A stretch of 64,000 nucleotides of DNA from Ferruginibacter sp. (lineage in GTDB: Bacteria; Bacteroidota; Bacteroidia; Chitinophagales; Chitinophagaceae), in contig JANPIJ010000377.1 of assembly GCA_031424955.1 (NCBI GenBank), forward strand, positions 20,306 through 84,305, written 5' to 3'. A program made the position numbers and the translations under genes. The first letter of the stretch is position 1. Every line of letters starts with the position of its first letter. The notes below the pieces were generated by a model, which searched no databases, was not told where the DNA came from, and saw only the letters and a program-made list of their open reading frames with translations. Shown in pieces: positions 49,699 through 60,264 of the stretch.

Positions 49699-51396
49699 TT
49701 ACCAATCTTTCTCAGGCTTTTCAGGAGATGCTGCGCTGACTTTCCTTAATTTATCCTGCAATTTTTTTTCCTGTTGCAACAAAGCTTTTAATTTTTCTTC
49801 TGCCTCCTTTTTGGTCATTTTTGAAGGCTGTGGTTTAGGCAAATCGTTTTTATTATTATTGTCAGGCTGCTTAGGCTGATCCTTTTTTTTAGGGTCATCC
49901 TTTGGTTTATCCTGGTCTTTATTATCCTTGTCTTTTTGCTGTTGTTGTTTTTGCTGTTGTAAAGCCTTTTGAAGGTTTAGCCGGGCATCTTCGTCGGCAG
50001 GATTGAGGCGCAATGAATTTTTATATGCCTCTATGCATTCAGGTAGTTTTTTATTATTCTGTAACACTACTCCTTTGTTATAGTATGCACCTGATTTTTC
50101 TACCGGCAACCCGCTATTTTGAATAGCAGCATCATAAGCCAATACAGCATCTTCCGGCTTTTCCGTTTTATACAATGCATTCCCTAAATTGTATTGGGCT
50201 TTTTGATTGGCAGGATTCTTTTCTGCAGCCCTTTTATATTTATCCCTCGCTTCTTCGTACAGCTTTTTGTTATAGGCTTCGTTTCCCTTCTTTATCAGTA
50301 CATCATCATTTTGGGCAAAAGAAGATGCAAAGGGAGAAAGAAAAAGTATCAGTAAAACCGAAGTTAGATTCAATTTCTTTTTAACCACATCCGCCTGTTT
50401 ATTTTTAACTGATTTAATTTCTGAAATAAGGAACTCTGCCACCAACAATATTAAAACAGCCGCCAATAGCCAGGGGAAAAAATTCTGAAAGTTTACCCTT
50501 GAATTTTCCGTGACTGGTTTTTGCCCCATGCTTTTTATTTGTTGGTCCAGCTTGTTCACTACGTCATCAGTATTGGTATAAAGCTGGTAGATCCCATTCC
50601 CATTTTCTGCAATACTCTTTAATTCCACTTCGTTTAATTTTGTCACCACAGGGTTTCCCGCCATATCGCGTTTCACTTCATTGGTTTCAGCATCCACAAT
50701 CATTGCACCTTCAGGTGATCCAATTCCTATTGTATTGATCATCACGCCCTCACTTGCCAGTGCTTTGGATAAAGTAACCGCATTTTCATCATGGTCCTCC
50801 CCATCACTGATCAGAATTATTGATTTGTACTTTTTCTCTTTGGTATTAAATGCTGCGAAACTCATTTTTAAGGCGTCGCCAATTACTGTGCCCTGGGTGG
50901 GCACTACATCGGGCGTGGCAGTTGATAAATACATTTTAGCGGCCGCATGATCTGTGGTAAGTGGCATTTGCAGGTAAGCCCTGCCCGCAAATACTACAAT
51001 GCCTATCCGGTCATCCTGCAATTTGTCAATCAGCTTTGATAAAATTTGCTTGGCCCTTTCTAACCTGTCTGGTTTAATATCCTGCGCCAGCATACTCTTA
51101 CTTACATCCAACGCTATCATCACATCTATTCCGCTTCGGCTCACATCTGCGGTGCCCACCGGCATTCGGGGATTGGCCAATGCAATTACCCCAATTGCAA
51201 ATGCAGTGGTGAATAAAATAAATTTGAGTAGAAACCTGGATGGGCTGTAATCCCTGATCAATTGATTTACCAGCGCAGGGTCGCCAATCTTTTTAATAGT
51301 CCGTTTCTTCCAGCGAATTAAAAAAAAATAGAGCATTACAATAATGGGAATTAATACAAGTCCCAATAAATATTCAATATGTTGAAACTGAACCAA
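49699..51396 (-). CDS. VWA + TPR protein (BatB-BatC-like fusion)
   Basis: MIDAS DVSKSM, PLTTD and ISDGEDH; TM segments; TPR repeats (YNLGNALY); Q/K/D-rich tail ending EKDW. Confidence 0.85.
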   Translation of the reverse strand: MVQFQHIEYLLGLVLIPIIVMLYFFLIRWKKRTIKKIGDPALVNQLIRDYSPSRFLLKFILFTTAFAIGVIALANPRMPVGTADVSRSGIDVMIALDVSKSMLAQDIKPDRLERAKQILSKLIDKLQDDRIGIVVFAGRAYLQMPLTTDHAAAKMYLSTATPDVVPTQGTVIGDALKMSFAAFNTKEKKYKSIILISDGEDHDENAVTLSKALASEGVMINTIGIGSPEGAMIVDAETNEVKRDMAGNPVVTKLNEVELKSIAENGNGIYQLYTNTDDVVNKLDQQIKSMGQKPVTENSRVNFQNFFPWLLAAVLILLVAEFLISEIKSVKNKQADVVKKKLNLTSVLLILFLSPFASSFAQNDDVLIKKGNEAYNKKLYEEARDKYKRAAEKNPANQKAQYNLGNALYKTEKPEDAVLAYDAAIQNSGLPVEKSGAYYNKGVVLQNNKKLPECIEAYKNSLRLNPADEDARLNLQKALQQQKQQQQKDKDNKDQDKPKDDPKKKDQPKQPDNNNKNDLPKPQPSKMTKKEAEEKLKALLQQEKKLQDKLRKVSAASPEKPEKDW

Positions 51397-51489
51397 TAGA
51401 TTAAATCTTTTATAAAAACTGAAGCGTTAATAATACCAATAACAGGTGCTTTAATATCGGTGCACTTTGCAAAATGAAGGCATATTACA

Positions 51490-52314
51490 TTACATTCCTC
51501 CCTCAAAAAAACCATACTGCTTTAATATCCCTTTTGTAATATTCAATCGTACCGTTTTCATATCAATATTGGGATCAGTTGACTTTACCAATGTTACAAA
51601 AAAATATGGATGCTTGTTTTCTTCAATCCAGCCTACCATCCAGCCGATTGAGTTATTATTTTCATCAAATCCCCAGCCTGTTTTATATGCCAATGTATAC
51701 AATGTGTTGTCTTCCTGCGTCATTACATTACGTACAATTTGCTGTGTACGTTTTTGAAAAGGTAACTGGTCAAAATACAAACGCTTTACCAAACCAAGTT
51801 GTTCATCCGGCGAAATCTTTAAGCTATTATCGAGCCAAAAACTATCTATATGATTACCGATTTTCATATTGCCGTAATGCAGGCTGTCGAGCCATTGCTG
51901 CATCGTGTCTTTTCCAATTCTCCTCGCCACTTCCTGGTAATAGGGCACTGAACTAACTTTGAATGCGTCTTCCATAGTAAGGTCCTTATTCCAGTCTTCC
52001 ACCCTGCGTTTTAGGCCATCCCATTTGATAACCATTTTTTCATCTGTAATTCTGCCAATTTCCAATCCAACCAGGGAGTTCACAATTTTAAAAGTGGAAG
52101 CCGGCAGATAACGAACGGTATCCATCGACATATTGTAAACGGTCACTTTTCCATCGGCATTATTCATCATAGTAAAGCATCCTTCCACTTTATTTTCATC
52201 AAAATATTTTTTAAGGCTGTTATCTATTTTGGCTCTGTTAACCGAACAGGAAGAAATTGAAATAAACAATAACAAAAGAGCGGGATAACCTCCCGGAAGT
52301 AATTTTCTTTTCAT
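51490..52314 (-). CDS. Class D beta-lactamase-like lipoprotein
   Basis: PASTFK (SxxK), SSV, YGN, FWLD and KTG motifs; lipobox ISSC. Confidence 0.9.
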   Translation of the reverse strand: MKRKLLPGGYPALLLLFISISSCSVNRAKIDNSLKKYFDENKVEGCFTMMNNADGKVTVYNMSMDTVRYLPASTFKIVNSLVGLEIGRITDEKMVIKWDGLKRRVEDWNKDLTMEDAFKVSSVPYYQEVARRIGKDTMQQWLDSLHYGNMKIGNHIDSFWLDNSLKISPDEQLGLVKRLYFDQLPFQKRTQQIVRNVMTQEDNTLYTLAYKTGWGFDENNNSIGWMVGWIEENKHPYFFVTLVKSTDPNIDMKTVRLNITKGILKQYGFFEGGM

Positions 52315-52377
52315 TTGTATAGTAGTTGGTACAATCCGGTGGCAAACGCCATCCCTAATACCTTTGGATAATTTGAT

Positions 52378-52962
52378 TTATAAATTTTGATTCATATGTT
52401 TTGCTGTGGCTTCCAGTGTATCGTAAAATTCCGGCCCATACTTTCTAACCAATGCATCTTTTAAAAAAACATATACGGGCACTTTCAATTTTTCCCCCAG
52501 GGTGCAAGCTGCACTACAAAGGTCTTCACGGGGCTCATAGTTTACATATTCTGTTTGTTTATTTTTGCTTAATTTAACACGTATCGGGAACAAATGGCAA
52601 CTGATGGGCTTTTTCCAGTTAACCTTCCCATCATTATAAGCCTGTTCAATGCCACATTTAACGATACCCTGTTTATCTGTTATGCCATAAACACACACTT
52701 TACTTTCAATGGTTGGTGTTACCCAACCAAATTCCTTATCATACACATATCTGCCCTGCTTTTGCAATTCCATTTTATTTTCTTCTGCTAAATAAGGTAA
52801 AACGGCCTCGTATACTTCATTCAATCTATCCAATTCATCATTACTTAACGGAGCACCGGCATCACCGTCTACACAGCAGCCACCTTTGCATTTATTCAAA
52901 TCGCAAACAAATTGCTCCTCAATAATTTCGTCGCTTACCAGTTTATTATCGATTACTATCAT
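52378..52962 (-). CDS. DUF3109 family Cys-rich protein
   Basis: FVCDLNKCKGGCCVDGDAGAPL and KPISCHLFPIR motifs. Confidence 0.88.
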   Translation of the reverse strand: MIVIDNKLVSDEIIEEQFVCDLNKCKGGCCVDGDAGAPLSNDELDRLNEVYEAVLPYLAEENKMELQKQGRYVYDKEFGWVTPTIESKVCVYGITDKQGIVKCGIEQAYNDGKVNWKKPISCHLFPIRVKLSKNKQTEYVNYEPREDLCSAACTLGEKLKVPVYVFLKDALVRKYGPEFYDTLEATAKHMNQNL

Positions 52963-53203
52963 ATAGTGGGCAAAAATACTAACAAAGACGTGGTTAATGA
53001 ATAATTAAATAATTGATAATTTTCAAACCTTCCTTTACATGCGATAATGAGGTTTTAATATTCCCTTAATACAATTTCCAGGATTTATAATTTTGGTAGT
53101 TATATGTTTCAAGAAGGTATTATTCTGAATGCCAGGTTCCCTGAAAGTTGAGTTGGCAAAACATACATTTGGCATGACGCTGAAATTATTGCAAATACCA
53201 GGT

Positions 53204-53881
53204 TTAGTTGCTTTTCCACCGGAAAGTATTGATCAGGTGATCCATATCTGCCTGCAAAAAGTCCTGCACCGGTTGTAAAGAATCTGCATTGGGTGTAACA
53301 TCGAAATACAGAGCCCCCCTGATAAAATTCCGGGTAGTGTCACTCAAAAAAAACTGTTTGGATGTAGCGGCATTTCCGCCTACTTTAAAAAAAACACCAC
53401 TTATTCCGTTTGGAGTATGTATCAAACTATCACTGATGGAATTTGAAACTACATTATTTTTATTGGTTAGTGTAAAGGCATCGTTTACCATTTTATCGAA
53501 TACATTGGTCCCTAGAGAATCCCTGTAGCTGCCATCAGGTTGCTTTACCTTATACAGCGCTTTACCCCCAATGATTTTGTAACTTAAAAATACCCTGCTA
53601 TGAAACTGTGGAAAATCAATATTGATCCAGTAAGGATTTTCAGGGTTCGTATCAAAGAAAGTACTATCCTTTACAATTTGCGCATATATGGGATATTCAA
53701 AGCTATAGGGAAAACCTTCTTGTTCAAATTTCTGGTATTCCCGTTTGGGTAATTCAATATTATAATAACCTCTTTTTTTTGATACATAGGGGGAGTTGCA
53801 GGCTGCAATAAAAAAGCAACAGGCAACAGGCAACAGGCATTCTGCAAGAATACAGGGAAGGTGAAAAATTCTTTTCTGCAT
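53204..53881 (-). CDS. gldD: Gliding motility lipoprotein GldD
   Basis: Lipobox IAAC; KRGY, PYSFEYP, GNAAT..QFF..D...F.RGALYF and PNADSL.P motifs; follows gldE. Confidence 0.88.
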   Translation of the reverse strand: MQKRIFHLPCILAECLLPVACCFFIAACNSPYVSKKRGYYNIELPKREYQKFEQEGFPYSFEYPIYAQIVKDSTFFDTNPENPYWINIDFPQFHSRVFLSYKIIGGKALYKVKQPDGSYRDSLGTNVFDKMVNDAFTLTNKNNVVSNSISDSLIHTPNGISGVFFKVGGNAATSKQFFLSDTTRNFIRGALYFDVTPNADSLQPVQDFLQADMDHLINTFRWKSN

Positions 53882-53918
53882 GTTTGGAATCTATTAAAAA
53901 GGTACAGGGGTTTTAAAA

Positions 53919-55271
53919 TCAGAGCGTTGCGTGGTTCTGTCTTATCATCACTTTTACTTTATCTATCCTGTTTTTATTAATTGCAAGTGGTATAAATGTA
54001 AAATCACCACTTATTACCTCTTCATCTACCTGGGGAAACTCACCTGCTATTTCAAGGATAAGGCCGGCCAAAGAATCACTATCACCCCTTACCCGTTCAA
54101 ATACATCACCAGGCAAACCCATTATTTTGCATACATCATTGATCATGGTTTTTCCTTCAAAAATGAAATTATAGTCATCTATTTTGTTATTACCGCTTTC
54201 TTCGTCATCAAATTCGTCCTGGATATCTCCAATGATTTCTTCCATGATATCTTCCAGCGTCACTATTCCGGAGGTGCCGCCAAATTCGTCCACCACTACG
54301 GCAAAATGTATGCGCCTGTTCCTGAATTCCTGCAGCAGGTCTTCAATCAGCTTTTGTTCATGCACAAAAAAGGTGGGCCGCATCAAACTATGCCAATCAT
54401 AATTCTCCACTTTATTGGCATTTACATGCGGCAGCAGATCCTTTGTATGTAACATGCCCTTCAATTCATCCAGGTTATTGCTATACACCGGCAACCTGGA
54501 GTAATGAAGTTCCTCTACTTTTTTTACTACGTCTTCAAACGTACTGCTATATTCAATACCACTTACATCAAGGCGGGTACGCATTATTTGCTTCACTGTA
54601 GTATCACTGAATTTTCTAATCCCTTTTAGGATTTGTTTCTCCTCCATGGTGGCCTCGTTCTCCGGTAACAGGTCGATTGCATAATCCAACTGGCTATTAT
54701 CCAGCATGGAAGAATTGTGGGGGGAAAATTTCTTTTCGATGCCATCGCTGAAACCAACCAATCTTTTGCTAAGTCGGTAAAATATACTATTAAAAATCTC
54801 AATGATCAATGAGGCGGTTGATGCAAACCAAACTTTATGATGAGTTGCCCAAACTTTGGGAAGCACTTCACCAAAAAGCACCAGCAAAAAAGTAACTGAA
54901 AATACTTTGATTAAAAAATTGATCCATTTTGCCAGTTGAAATACTTCCAGCAATCCATCCATCAGTATATTCGATATTAAAATAATTCCAATATTCACAA
55001 AACTATTGGCAATCAACATCGCTCCCAACAAAATTTTAGGCTGCTCGAGCAAAGTAACTATCCGCTTAAAAGCAGGCTGTTGCTTTGTTTTAAGCATATT
55101 AATATCCTTATAGGTCAATGAAAAAAAAGCTACTTCAGAACCGGCTACTAAAAAAGAAATGGTAAATAATAGTACTGCTAAAAAAATGAGTACTGCAGAA
55201 GCCGCAGGCGTAATAGCAAGTAGAGAAAAATGCAAATGACTTGCATAGTCAATAACCGAATGGTAATCCAA
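53919..55271 (-). CDS. gldE: Gliding motility-associated CNNM/CBS protein GldE
   Basis: DUF21 TM region (SEVAFFSL, FGEVLPK), CBS pair (SRLPVY, VVDEFGGTSGIVTLED) and CorC tail; ssb-gldE-gldD synteny. Confidence 0.9.
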   Translation of the reverse strand: MDYHSVIDYASHLHFSLLAITPAASAVLIFLAVLLFTISFLVAGSEVAFFSLTYKDINMLKTKQQPAFKRIVTLLEQPKILLGAMLIANSFVNIGIILISNILMDGLLEVFQLAKWINFLIKVFSVTFLLVLFGEVLPKVWATHHKVWFASTASLIIEIFNSIFYRLSKRLVGFSDGIEKKFSPHNSSMLDNSQLDYAIDLLPENEATMEEKQILKGIRKFSDTTVKQIMRTRLDVSGIEYSSTFEDVVKKVEELHYSRLPVYSNNLDELKGMLHTKDLLPHVNANKVENYDWHSLMRPTFFVHEQKLIEDLLQEFRNRRIHFAVVVDEFGGTSGIVTLEDIMEEIIGDIQDEFDDEESGNNKIDDYNFIFEGKTMINDVCKIMGLPGDVFERVRGDSDSLAGLILEIAGEFPQVDEEVISGDFTFIPLAINKNRIDKVKVMIRQNHATL

Positions 55272-55351
55272 AACTATCTGTTTTAGTTAAAAATATTATT
55301 TATCAACGCAAAATTTAAATTTCGCAGTTGTTGATTCTATTATCTGTTTCA

Positions 55352-55777
55352 TTAAAAAGGCAACCGCTCAGATCCGCCATCATCTGTAGGGATGTCTCCT
55401 AAACCTTCTATCCCATCTACCGGTCCTCCCCCCGCAGTGCCATCACTCCGTTTGTCAAGCATTATCAGGTTATCTCCTACTATTTCGGTTGCAAATTTTT
55501 TATTCCCGTCCTTATCTTCCCAACTGCGGGTTTTTAAGCGCCCCTCAATATAAACTAAACTTCCCCTGTGCAAATATTTTTGCGCAAGTTCCGCCAATCC
55601 TCTCCATAATACCACCGTATGCCATTCGGTTTGGGATATCAGTTTCCCACTTCTGTCTTTGTATGTTTCAGTGGTTGCCAGCGAAAACTTAGCTACGCCA
55701 ATATTTCCCTCAAGGAACTGCATATCGGGATCTTTACCTAAATTACCGATCAACATAACCCTGTTTACCCCTCTCAT
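55352..55777 (-). CDS. ssb: Single-stranded DNA-binding protein
   Basis: NRVMLIGNLGKDP, TEWH and YIEGRL.TR.W motifs; acidic tail ending LPF. Confidence 0.96.
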   Translation of the reverse strand: MRGVNRVMLIGNLGKDPDMQFLEGNIGVAKFSLATTETYKDRSGKLISQTEWHTVVLWRGLAELAQKYLHRGSLVYIEGRLKTRSWEDKDGNKKFATEIVGDNLIMLDKRSDGTAGGGPVDGIEGLGDIPTDDGGSERLPF

Positions 55778-55817
55778 ATTGTAAATATTAATGCTATTAT
55801 TATTGGTTCTGTTTGAC

Positions 55818-56894
55818 TTAAAACAAGTTTAAAGATACATTTTTATCTTTTAAATAGTTACTGATAAATTTAGGAAAAGGCAGTTTTTGTAGCGCCTTTT
55901 CGTCCACTGTTTTATAATCCTTTAATTGCAATGGCTCTTTAATTGTTAGTCTGATAAACTGTCCCTGTATGGTTTGGTGGGTCAACAGTTGTTTGTACAC
56001 ACCGGAAATATGTTCCACTTCAAATTTCGTTTTACTAAATAATGTTTTTACTGGCTGAAAATTTTCCAATGCCAGCGGCTCATTTGACTCGATCAAAATA
56101 AATTCATAGAGGTTCTCCCAAATATCTTTTGCACTGCGTTTACGTACATATACCATTCCCTCAAAATCAACCACCAGGTAATAAAGCCACCGTGTTTTTT
56201 TCGTGATTGATTTTTCTTTTACAGGCAATTGAAGAACAGTGCCTTGCGAATAAGCCACGCATTGGCTTTTTAATAAGCAAGTACTGCAAAGCGGGAGTTG
56301 CGGTTTACATACAACGGCACCGAAATCCATTATTGCCTGGTTATAAATTCCGGGCTGGTTCTTATCAAGCAACGTGTTAGCCAACTCATTAAATAATTTT
56401 TTACCGATCAGGCTATCAGTGGGTATTGAGATACCAAAAAATCTTGAAAGCACCCGGTATACATTTCCGTCTACAACCGCATAAGGGAGGTTAAATGCAA
56501 AAGAACCAATTGCGGCCGCAGTATATGGTCCAATACCTTTCAGGGAGAGTATATCCTCATATTTATCCGGAAACTTACCACCCAACTGATCATTTATAAA
56601 TTTTGCCGTTGCAATCAGATTTTTACACCTGCTATAATACCCTAATCCCTCCCAAAGTTTAAATATCCTGGTTTCCGATGCCCGGGCCAGGTGCTTTACA
56701 GTGGGGAAAGTCTTTACAAAATGATGGTAGTAGTCCAGTCCCTGCTCAACCCTTGTTTGTTGTAAAATAATTTCACTCAACCATATTTTATATGGATCCT
56801 TCTCTCCTTTCCACGGCATTTCCCGTTTATTGTCATTCGCATTCCACTTTACCAGTTTTGATACAAAGTATTTTTGATGGTCAATTATTTTCAT
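55818..56894 (-). CDS. mutY: A/G-specific adenine glycosylase
   Basis: WLSEIILQQT, WEGLGYYSR, HhH LKGIGPYTA, VDGNV and the [4Fe-4S] Cys cluster. Confidence 0.96.
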   Translation of the reverse strand: MKIIDHQKYFVSKLVKWNANDNKREMPWKGEKDPYKIWLSEIILQQTRVEQGLDYYHHFVKTFPTVKHLARASETRIFKLWEGLGYYSRCKNLIATAKFINDQLGGKFPDKYEDILSLKGIGPYTAAAIGSFAFNLPYAVVDGNVYRVLSRFFGISIPTDSLIGKKLFNELANTLLDKNQPGIYNQAIMDFGAVVCKPQLPLCSTCLLKSQCVAYSQGTVLQLPVKEKSITKKTRWLYYLVVDFEGMVYVRKRSAKDIWENLYEFILIESNEPLALENFQPVKTLFSKTKFEVEHISGVYKQLLTHQTIQGQFIRLTIKEPLQLKDYKTVDEKALQKLPFPKFISNYLKDKNVSLNLF

Positions 56895-57179
56895 TTGGCT
56901 CCAAATGTCCGTTAAAATATAATCGACGAAGATTTTGTTTTTCCACTTCTGGATTTAGCCGGGGTTATTTATGAATAAGAAAATGAGATTAAGTTGCTAT
57001 ATCAGCCGAGATTTTAACAGGCAGATAGAAATATTCTTCATAAGGCTGACTCCAATAATTTTCGCTATATAAGGCTGTATACAATCAAATGCTACTAAAC
57101 TGATAATCAGTATATAATATTGCATTTTTCAAAATTTTGTATTATTTTTCCATCAGATACTAAATAAAACTTTTTAGAA

Positions 57180-57485
57180 ATGAGAAAAGCAGACCTAATT
57201 TCAGAGATTTCGGACAAAACAGGTATTCCTAAAGTAGATGTTATGTTTACGCTGGAAACGATGTTTAAAGAAATTAAGAATTCCCTTATTGCGGGCGAAA
57301 ATATTTATATCCGCGGTTTTGGCAGCTTTATTACAAAAAAGCGGGCTGCAAAAATTGGCAGAAATATCAAAAAAAATGTGGCTGTTGAAATCCCGGAACA
57401 TTATATCCCGGCTTTTAAGCCAGCCAAAGAATTTGTACAGGAGGTGAAGAGTAAAAAGTTACCTGAAAACGACAAGCCACAATAA
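57180..57485 (+). CDS. HU/IHF family DNA-binding protein
   Basis: IRGFGSF, RAAKIGRNI and IPAFKPA motifs. Confidence 0.94.
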   Translation: MRKADLISEISDKTGIPKVDVMFTLETMFKEIKNSLIAGENIYIRGFGSFITKKRAAKIGRNIKKNVAVEIPEHYIPAFKPAKEFVQEVKSKKLPENDKPQ

Positions 57486-57512
57486 CCTACCTTTACGCCT
57501 CAAAATTTTTGT

Positions 57513-58370
57513 GTGAAGAAACAGCAATTAATCCTTTTAGGCGTAGGGCTATTCATTTTATCATCTTTGTTATTTTTTGGCAAAACTGTTGCTAAAAAAA
57601 ACCCGGCAGATTCGCATGCTGCCAATACCCCTCCAACAGCACCCGTTTTTAGTATTGAAAAATATGTGCAGGATGCAAAACAAAAACTTACTGTTGACCA
57701 GTTGAACTATGTTAACCAGCTTGAAAACAGCATATCAAGAGGCGACGTAAAAGAGCAGCAAATAAAAGTTTATAATCAGCTTGCTGCATTTTGGGATGAT
57801 TCTGTTCATCAACATGAAATACACAATTTTTATACTTCACAGTCAGCTAAGTTGGTAAATTCTGAAAAAAACCTCACCTTTGCAGCCCGATTGATGTTAG
57901 ATGAGCTTCGTAAGGAGCAGGATCCGGCAAAAAGAGGATGGAAAGCAGAGCAGGCAATTGAGTTATTTGAAAAGGCTATCACACTGAATCCTGGCAATGA
58001 CAGCCTGAAAGTAGGCTTGGGTAGTTGCTATATTTTCGGAAAGGGAATGACTGGTGATCCGCAGGAAACTATGAAAGGAATTCAGCAACTGCTTCAGGTA
58101 GTTCGCAAAGATTCCATGAATATGCAGGCTCAGTTGGTGTTGGGTATTGGTGGTGTTATTTCAAACCAGTATGATAAGGCAATTGAGCGATTATTGACAG
58201 TGGTGAAAAATCAACCTGGCAACCTGGAAGCAATATCCTGGCTGGCTGATGGGTATGCCGCTAAAGATGATAAGGCAAATGCATTAAAATGGTATAGTAT
58301 AAGTAAGCGATTGGTAAATGATCCCGCCTATAGCAAGGAAGTGGATGAACGTATAAAAATGCTGAAATAG
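57513..58370 (+). CDS. Membrane-anchored TPR protein
   Basis: N-terminal TM; helical TPR-like repeats. Confidence 0.8.
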   Translation: MKKQQLILLGVGLFILSSLLFFGKTVAKKNPADSHAANTPPTAPVFSIEKYVQDAKQKLTVDQLNYVNQLENSISRGDVKEQQIKVYNQLAAFWDDSVHQHEIHNFYTSQSAKLVNSEKNLTFAARLMLDELRKEQDPAKRGWKAEQAIELFEKAITLNPGNDSLKVGLGSCYIFGKGMTGDPQETMKGIQQLLQVVRKDSMNMQAQLVLGIGGVISNQYDKAIERLLTVVKNQPGNLEAISWLADGYAAKDDKANALKWYSISKRLVNDPAYSKEVDERIKMLK

Positions 58371-58448
58371 AAATGTTGCGAATCAAAGACAACGTTATTA
58401 ATTCAGAAAATATTTAATAATTTTTATTTAACAACAAAAAGACTCGGT

Positions 58449-58538
58449 ATGCCTTGTGGTAAAAAAAGAAAACGTCATAAAATTGCAACTCATAAACGTA
58501 AAAAACGTTTGAGAAAGAATCGTCATAAGAAGAAATAA
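58449..58538 (+). CDS. Small ribosomal protein bS22 (mS38/COX24/AURKAIP1-like), 29 aa
   Basis: MPCGKKRKRHKIATHKRKKRLRKNRHKKK*; below the ORF-track cutoff; followed by hairpin GTGCCGGC..GCCGGCAC (58557-58580). Confidence 0.88.
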   Translation: MPCGKKRKRHKIATHKRKKRLRKNRHKKK

Positions 58539-58680
58539 TTCTCTTTTTATATCAAGGTGCCGGCATCCTCAGGCCGGCACACATTTATCAGCATGTCTAA
58601 AGTTTATTTGATTCGATACTTTAATGGCGTGTTGTACGTTATCCTTCCGTGATGTTATGGTCTCTAATTAAAAGTGAATT

Positions 58681-60228
58681 TTGACAAAGGAATTAATTAT
58701 AAATGCTGCACCTCAGGGCGTTGAAATAGCCCTATTGGAAGACAAAAAGCTGGTGGAGTTGCACAACGAAAAAGCTGATGCCAACTTTGCCGTGGGAGAC
58801 CTTTATCTTGGAAAAGTTAAAAAACTGATCCCGGGATTAAATGCGGCCTTTGTGGATGTGGGTTTTGAAAAAGACGCATTTTTACATTATACCGATCTTA
58901 GTCCCTATGTGAAGTCGATCCTTAAATTCACCAACATTTCAATTAATGATAAATCCGAAGAGGGTTTTGATTTTGGTAAATTCCAGGTGGAGCCTGAAAT
59001 AGTTAAAACAGGTAAAATAGCCGAAGTATTAAGTGGCCGCCCCAATGTATTGGTTCAGATATTAAAGGAACCGATTGCAGCAAAGGGTCCGCGTCTAAGT
59101 TGCGAGTTGTCGTTACCCGGCAGGTTTGTTGTAATTACTCCCTTCAATGATATAATAGCGGTATCAAGAAAAATCCATTCAAGCGACGAAAGAAAAAGAC
59201 TGCATAAAATAATTGAAGCGGTAAAGCCTAAAAACTTTGGCGTTATTGTGCGTACAGCAGCGGAAGGTAAGAACACTGCTGAATTACACGAGGATTTGCT
59301 TTCGTTAGTTGAAACATGGAAGACGATTCAGTCAAATCTTAAAGAAGCTGTTCCCCCATCAAAAATTCTAAGCGAACAAGGTAAGGCCAATAGCATGCTG
59401 CGTGATTTACTAAATGAAGATTTTAACCGAATTGTTGTAAATGATAAAAATATTTTTGCAGATACCAAAACATACATTCAGCGCATAGCTCCGGAAAAAG
59501 CGGATATTGTTGCCTACTATAATAATGGGTCACCAATATTCGACAGTTTCGGCATCACCAAACAGGTAAAAGCCGCATTTGGCAAAACAGTTAACCTGCC
59601 AAGTGGTGCTTATTTAATCATCGAGCACACTGAGGCGCTGCATGTAATTGATGTAAACAGTGGTTATAAAAGTGTAAGTAACAACCAGGAACAAAATGCC
59701 CTGGAAACGAACCTCGAAGCTGCAGAGGAAATTGCACGTCAACTCAGGTTAAGAGATTTGGGCGGGATTATTGTAGTTGATTTCATTGATATGAAATTGA
59801 TTGAAAACAAGAAACGCCTGGCAGATGCGATGGAGCAATACATGCGATCCGACAGGGCCAAGCATGCTGTGCTACCAATCAGCAAGTTTGGGATTATGCA
59901 AATAACCCGGCAACGAATGAAGCCGGAGATGAATATTAACACATCAGAAATTTGTCCAAGTTGTAATGGAAGCGGCAAAATTTCTTCTACACTTATACTG
60001 GAAGATGAGATAGAAAAAAACCTGAGTTACCTTATCATGCAAAAACATAAGGGGTTAACAATACAGGTAAATCCTATTTTATTTACGTTCCTTACCAGTG
60101 GGTTCATTTCTAAACGTAGAAAATGGAGCTGGAAATACAAGCAAAAAATAAAAGTAATTTCCAATTCAAACTATCACCTTACCGAGTTTCATTTCTTTGA
60201 TGACAGTGATGAAGAAATAAAATTATAA
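58681..60228 (+). CDS. Rne/Rng family ribonuclease
   Basis: S1 domain (NAAFVDVG), KEPI..KGPRL, IDVNSG, LRLRDLGGIIVVDFIDM and CPSCNGSG motifs. Confidence 0.95.
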   Translation: MTKELIINAAPQGVEIALLEDKKLVELHNEKADANFAVGDLYLGKVKKLIPGLNAAFVDVGFEKDAFLHYTDLSPYVKSILKFTNISINDKSEEGFDFGKFQVEPEIVKTGKIAEVLSGRPNVLVQILKEPIAAKGPRLSCELSLPGRFVVITPFNDIIAVSRKIHSSDERKRLHKIIEAVKPKNFGVIVRTAAEGKNTAELHEDLLSLVETWKTIQSNLKEAVPPSKILSEQGKANSMLRDLLNEDFNRIVVNDKNIFADTKTYIQRIAPEKADIVAYYNNGSPIFDSFGITKQVKAAFGKTVNLPSGAYLIIEHTEALHVIDVNSGYKSVSNNQEQNALETNLEAAEEIARQLRLRDLGGIIVVDFIDMKLIENKKRLADAMEQYMRSDRAKHAVLPISKFGIMQITRQRMKPEMNINTSEICPSCNGSGKISSTLILEDEIEKNLSYLIMQKHKGLTIQVNPILFTFLTSGFISKRRKWSWKYKQKIKVISNSNYHLTEFHFFDDSDEEIKL

Positions 60229-60231
60229 ATT

Positions 60232-60264
60232 AAAAAAACGCTCCAATATCCGGAGCGTTTTTTT
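60232..60264. terminator. Bidirectional intrinsic terminator
   Basis: AAAAAAACGCTCC-AATATCC-GGAGCGTTTTTTT. Confidence 0.85.

Noticed and set aside
49699-51396. BatB-BatC fusion as a novelty
   Set aside because: VWA-TPR fusions are common among MoxR-associated proteins.
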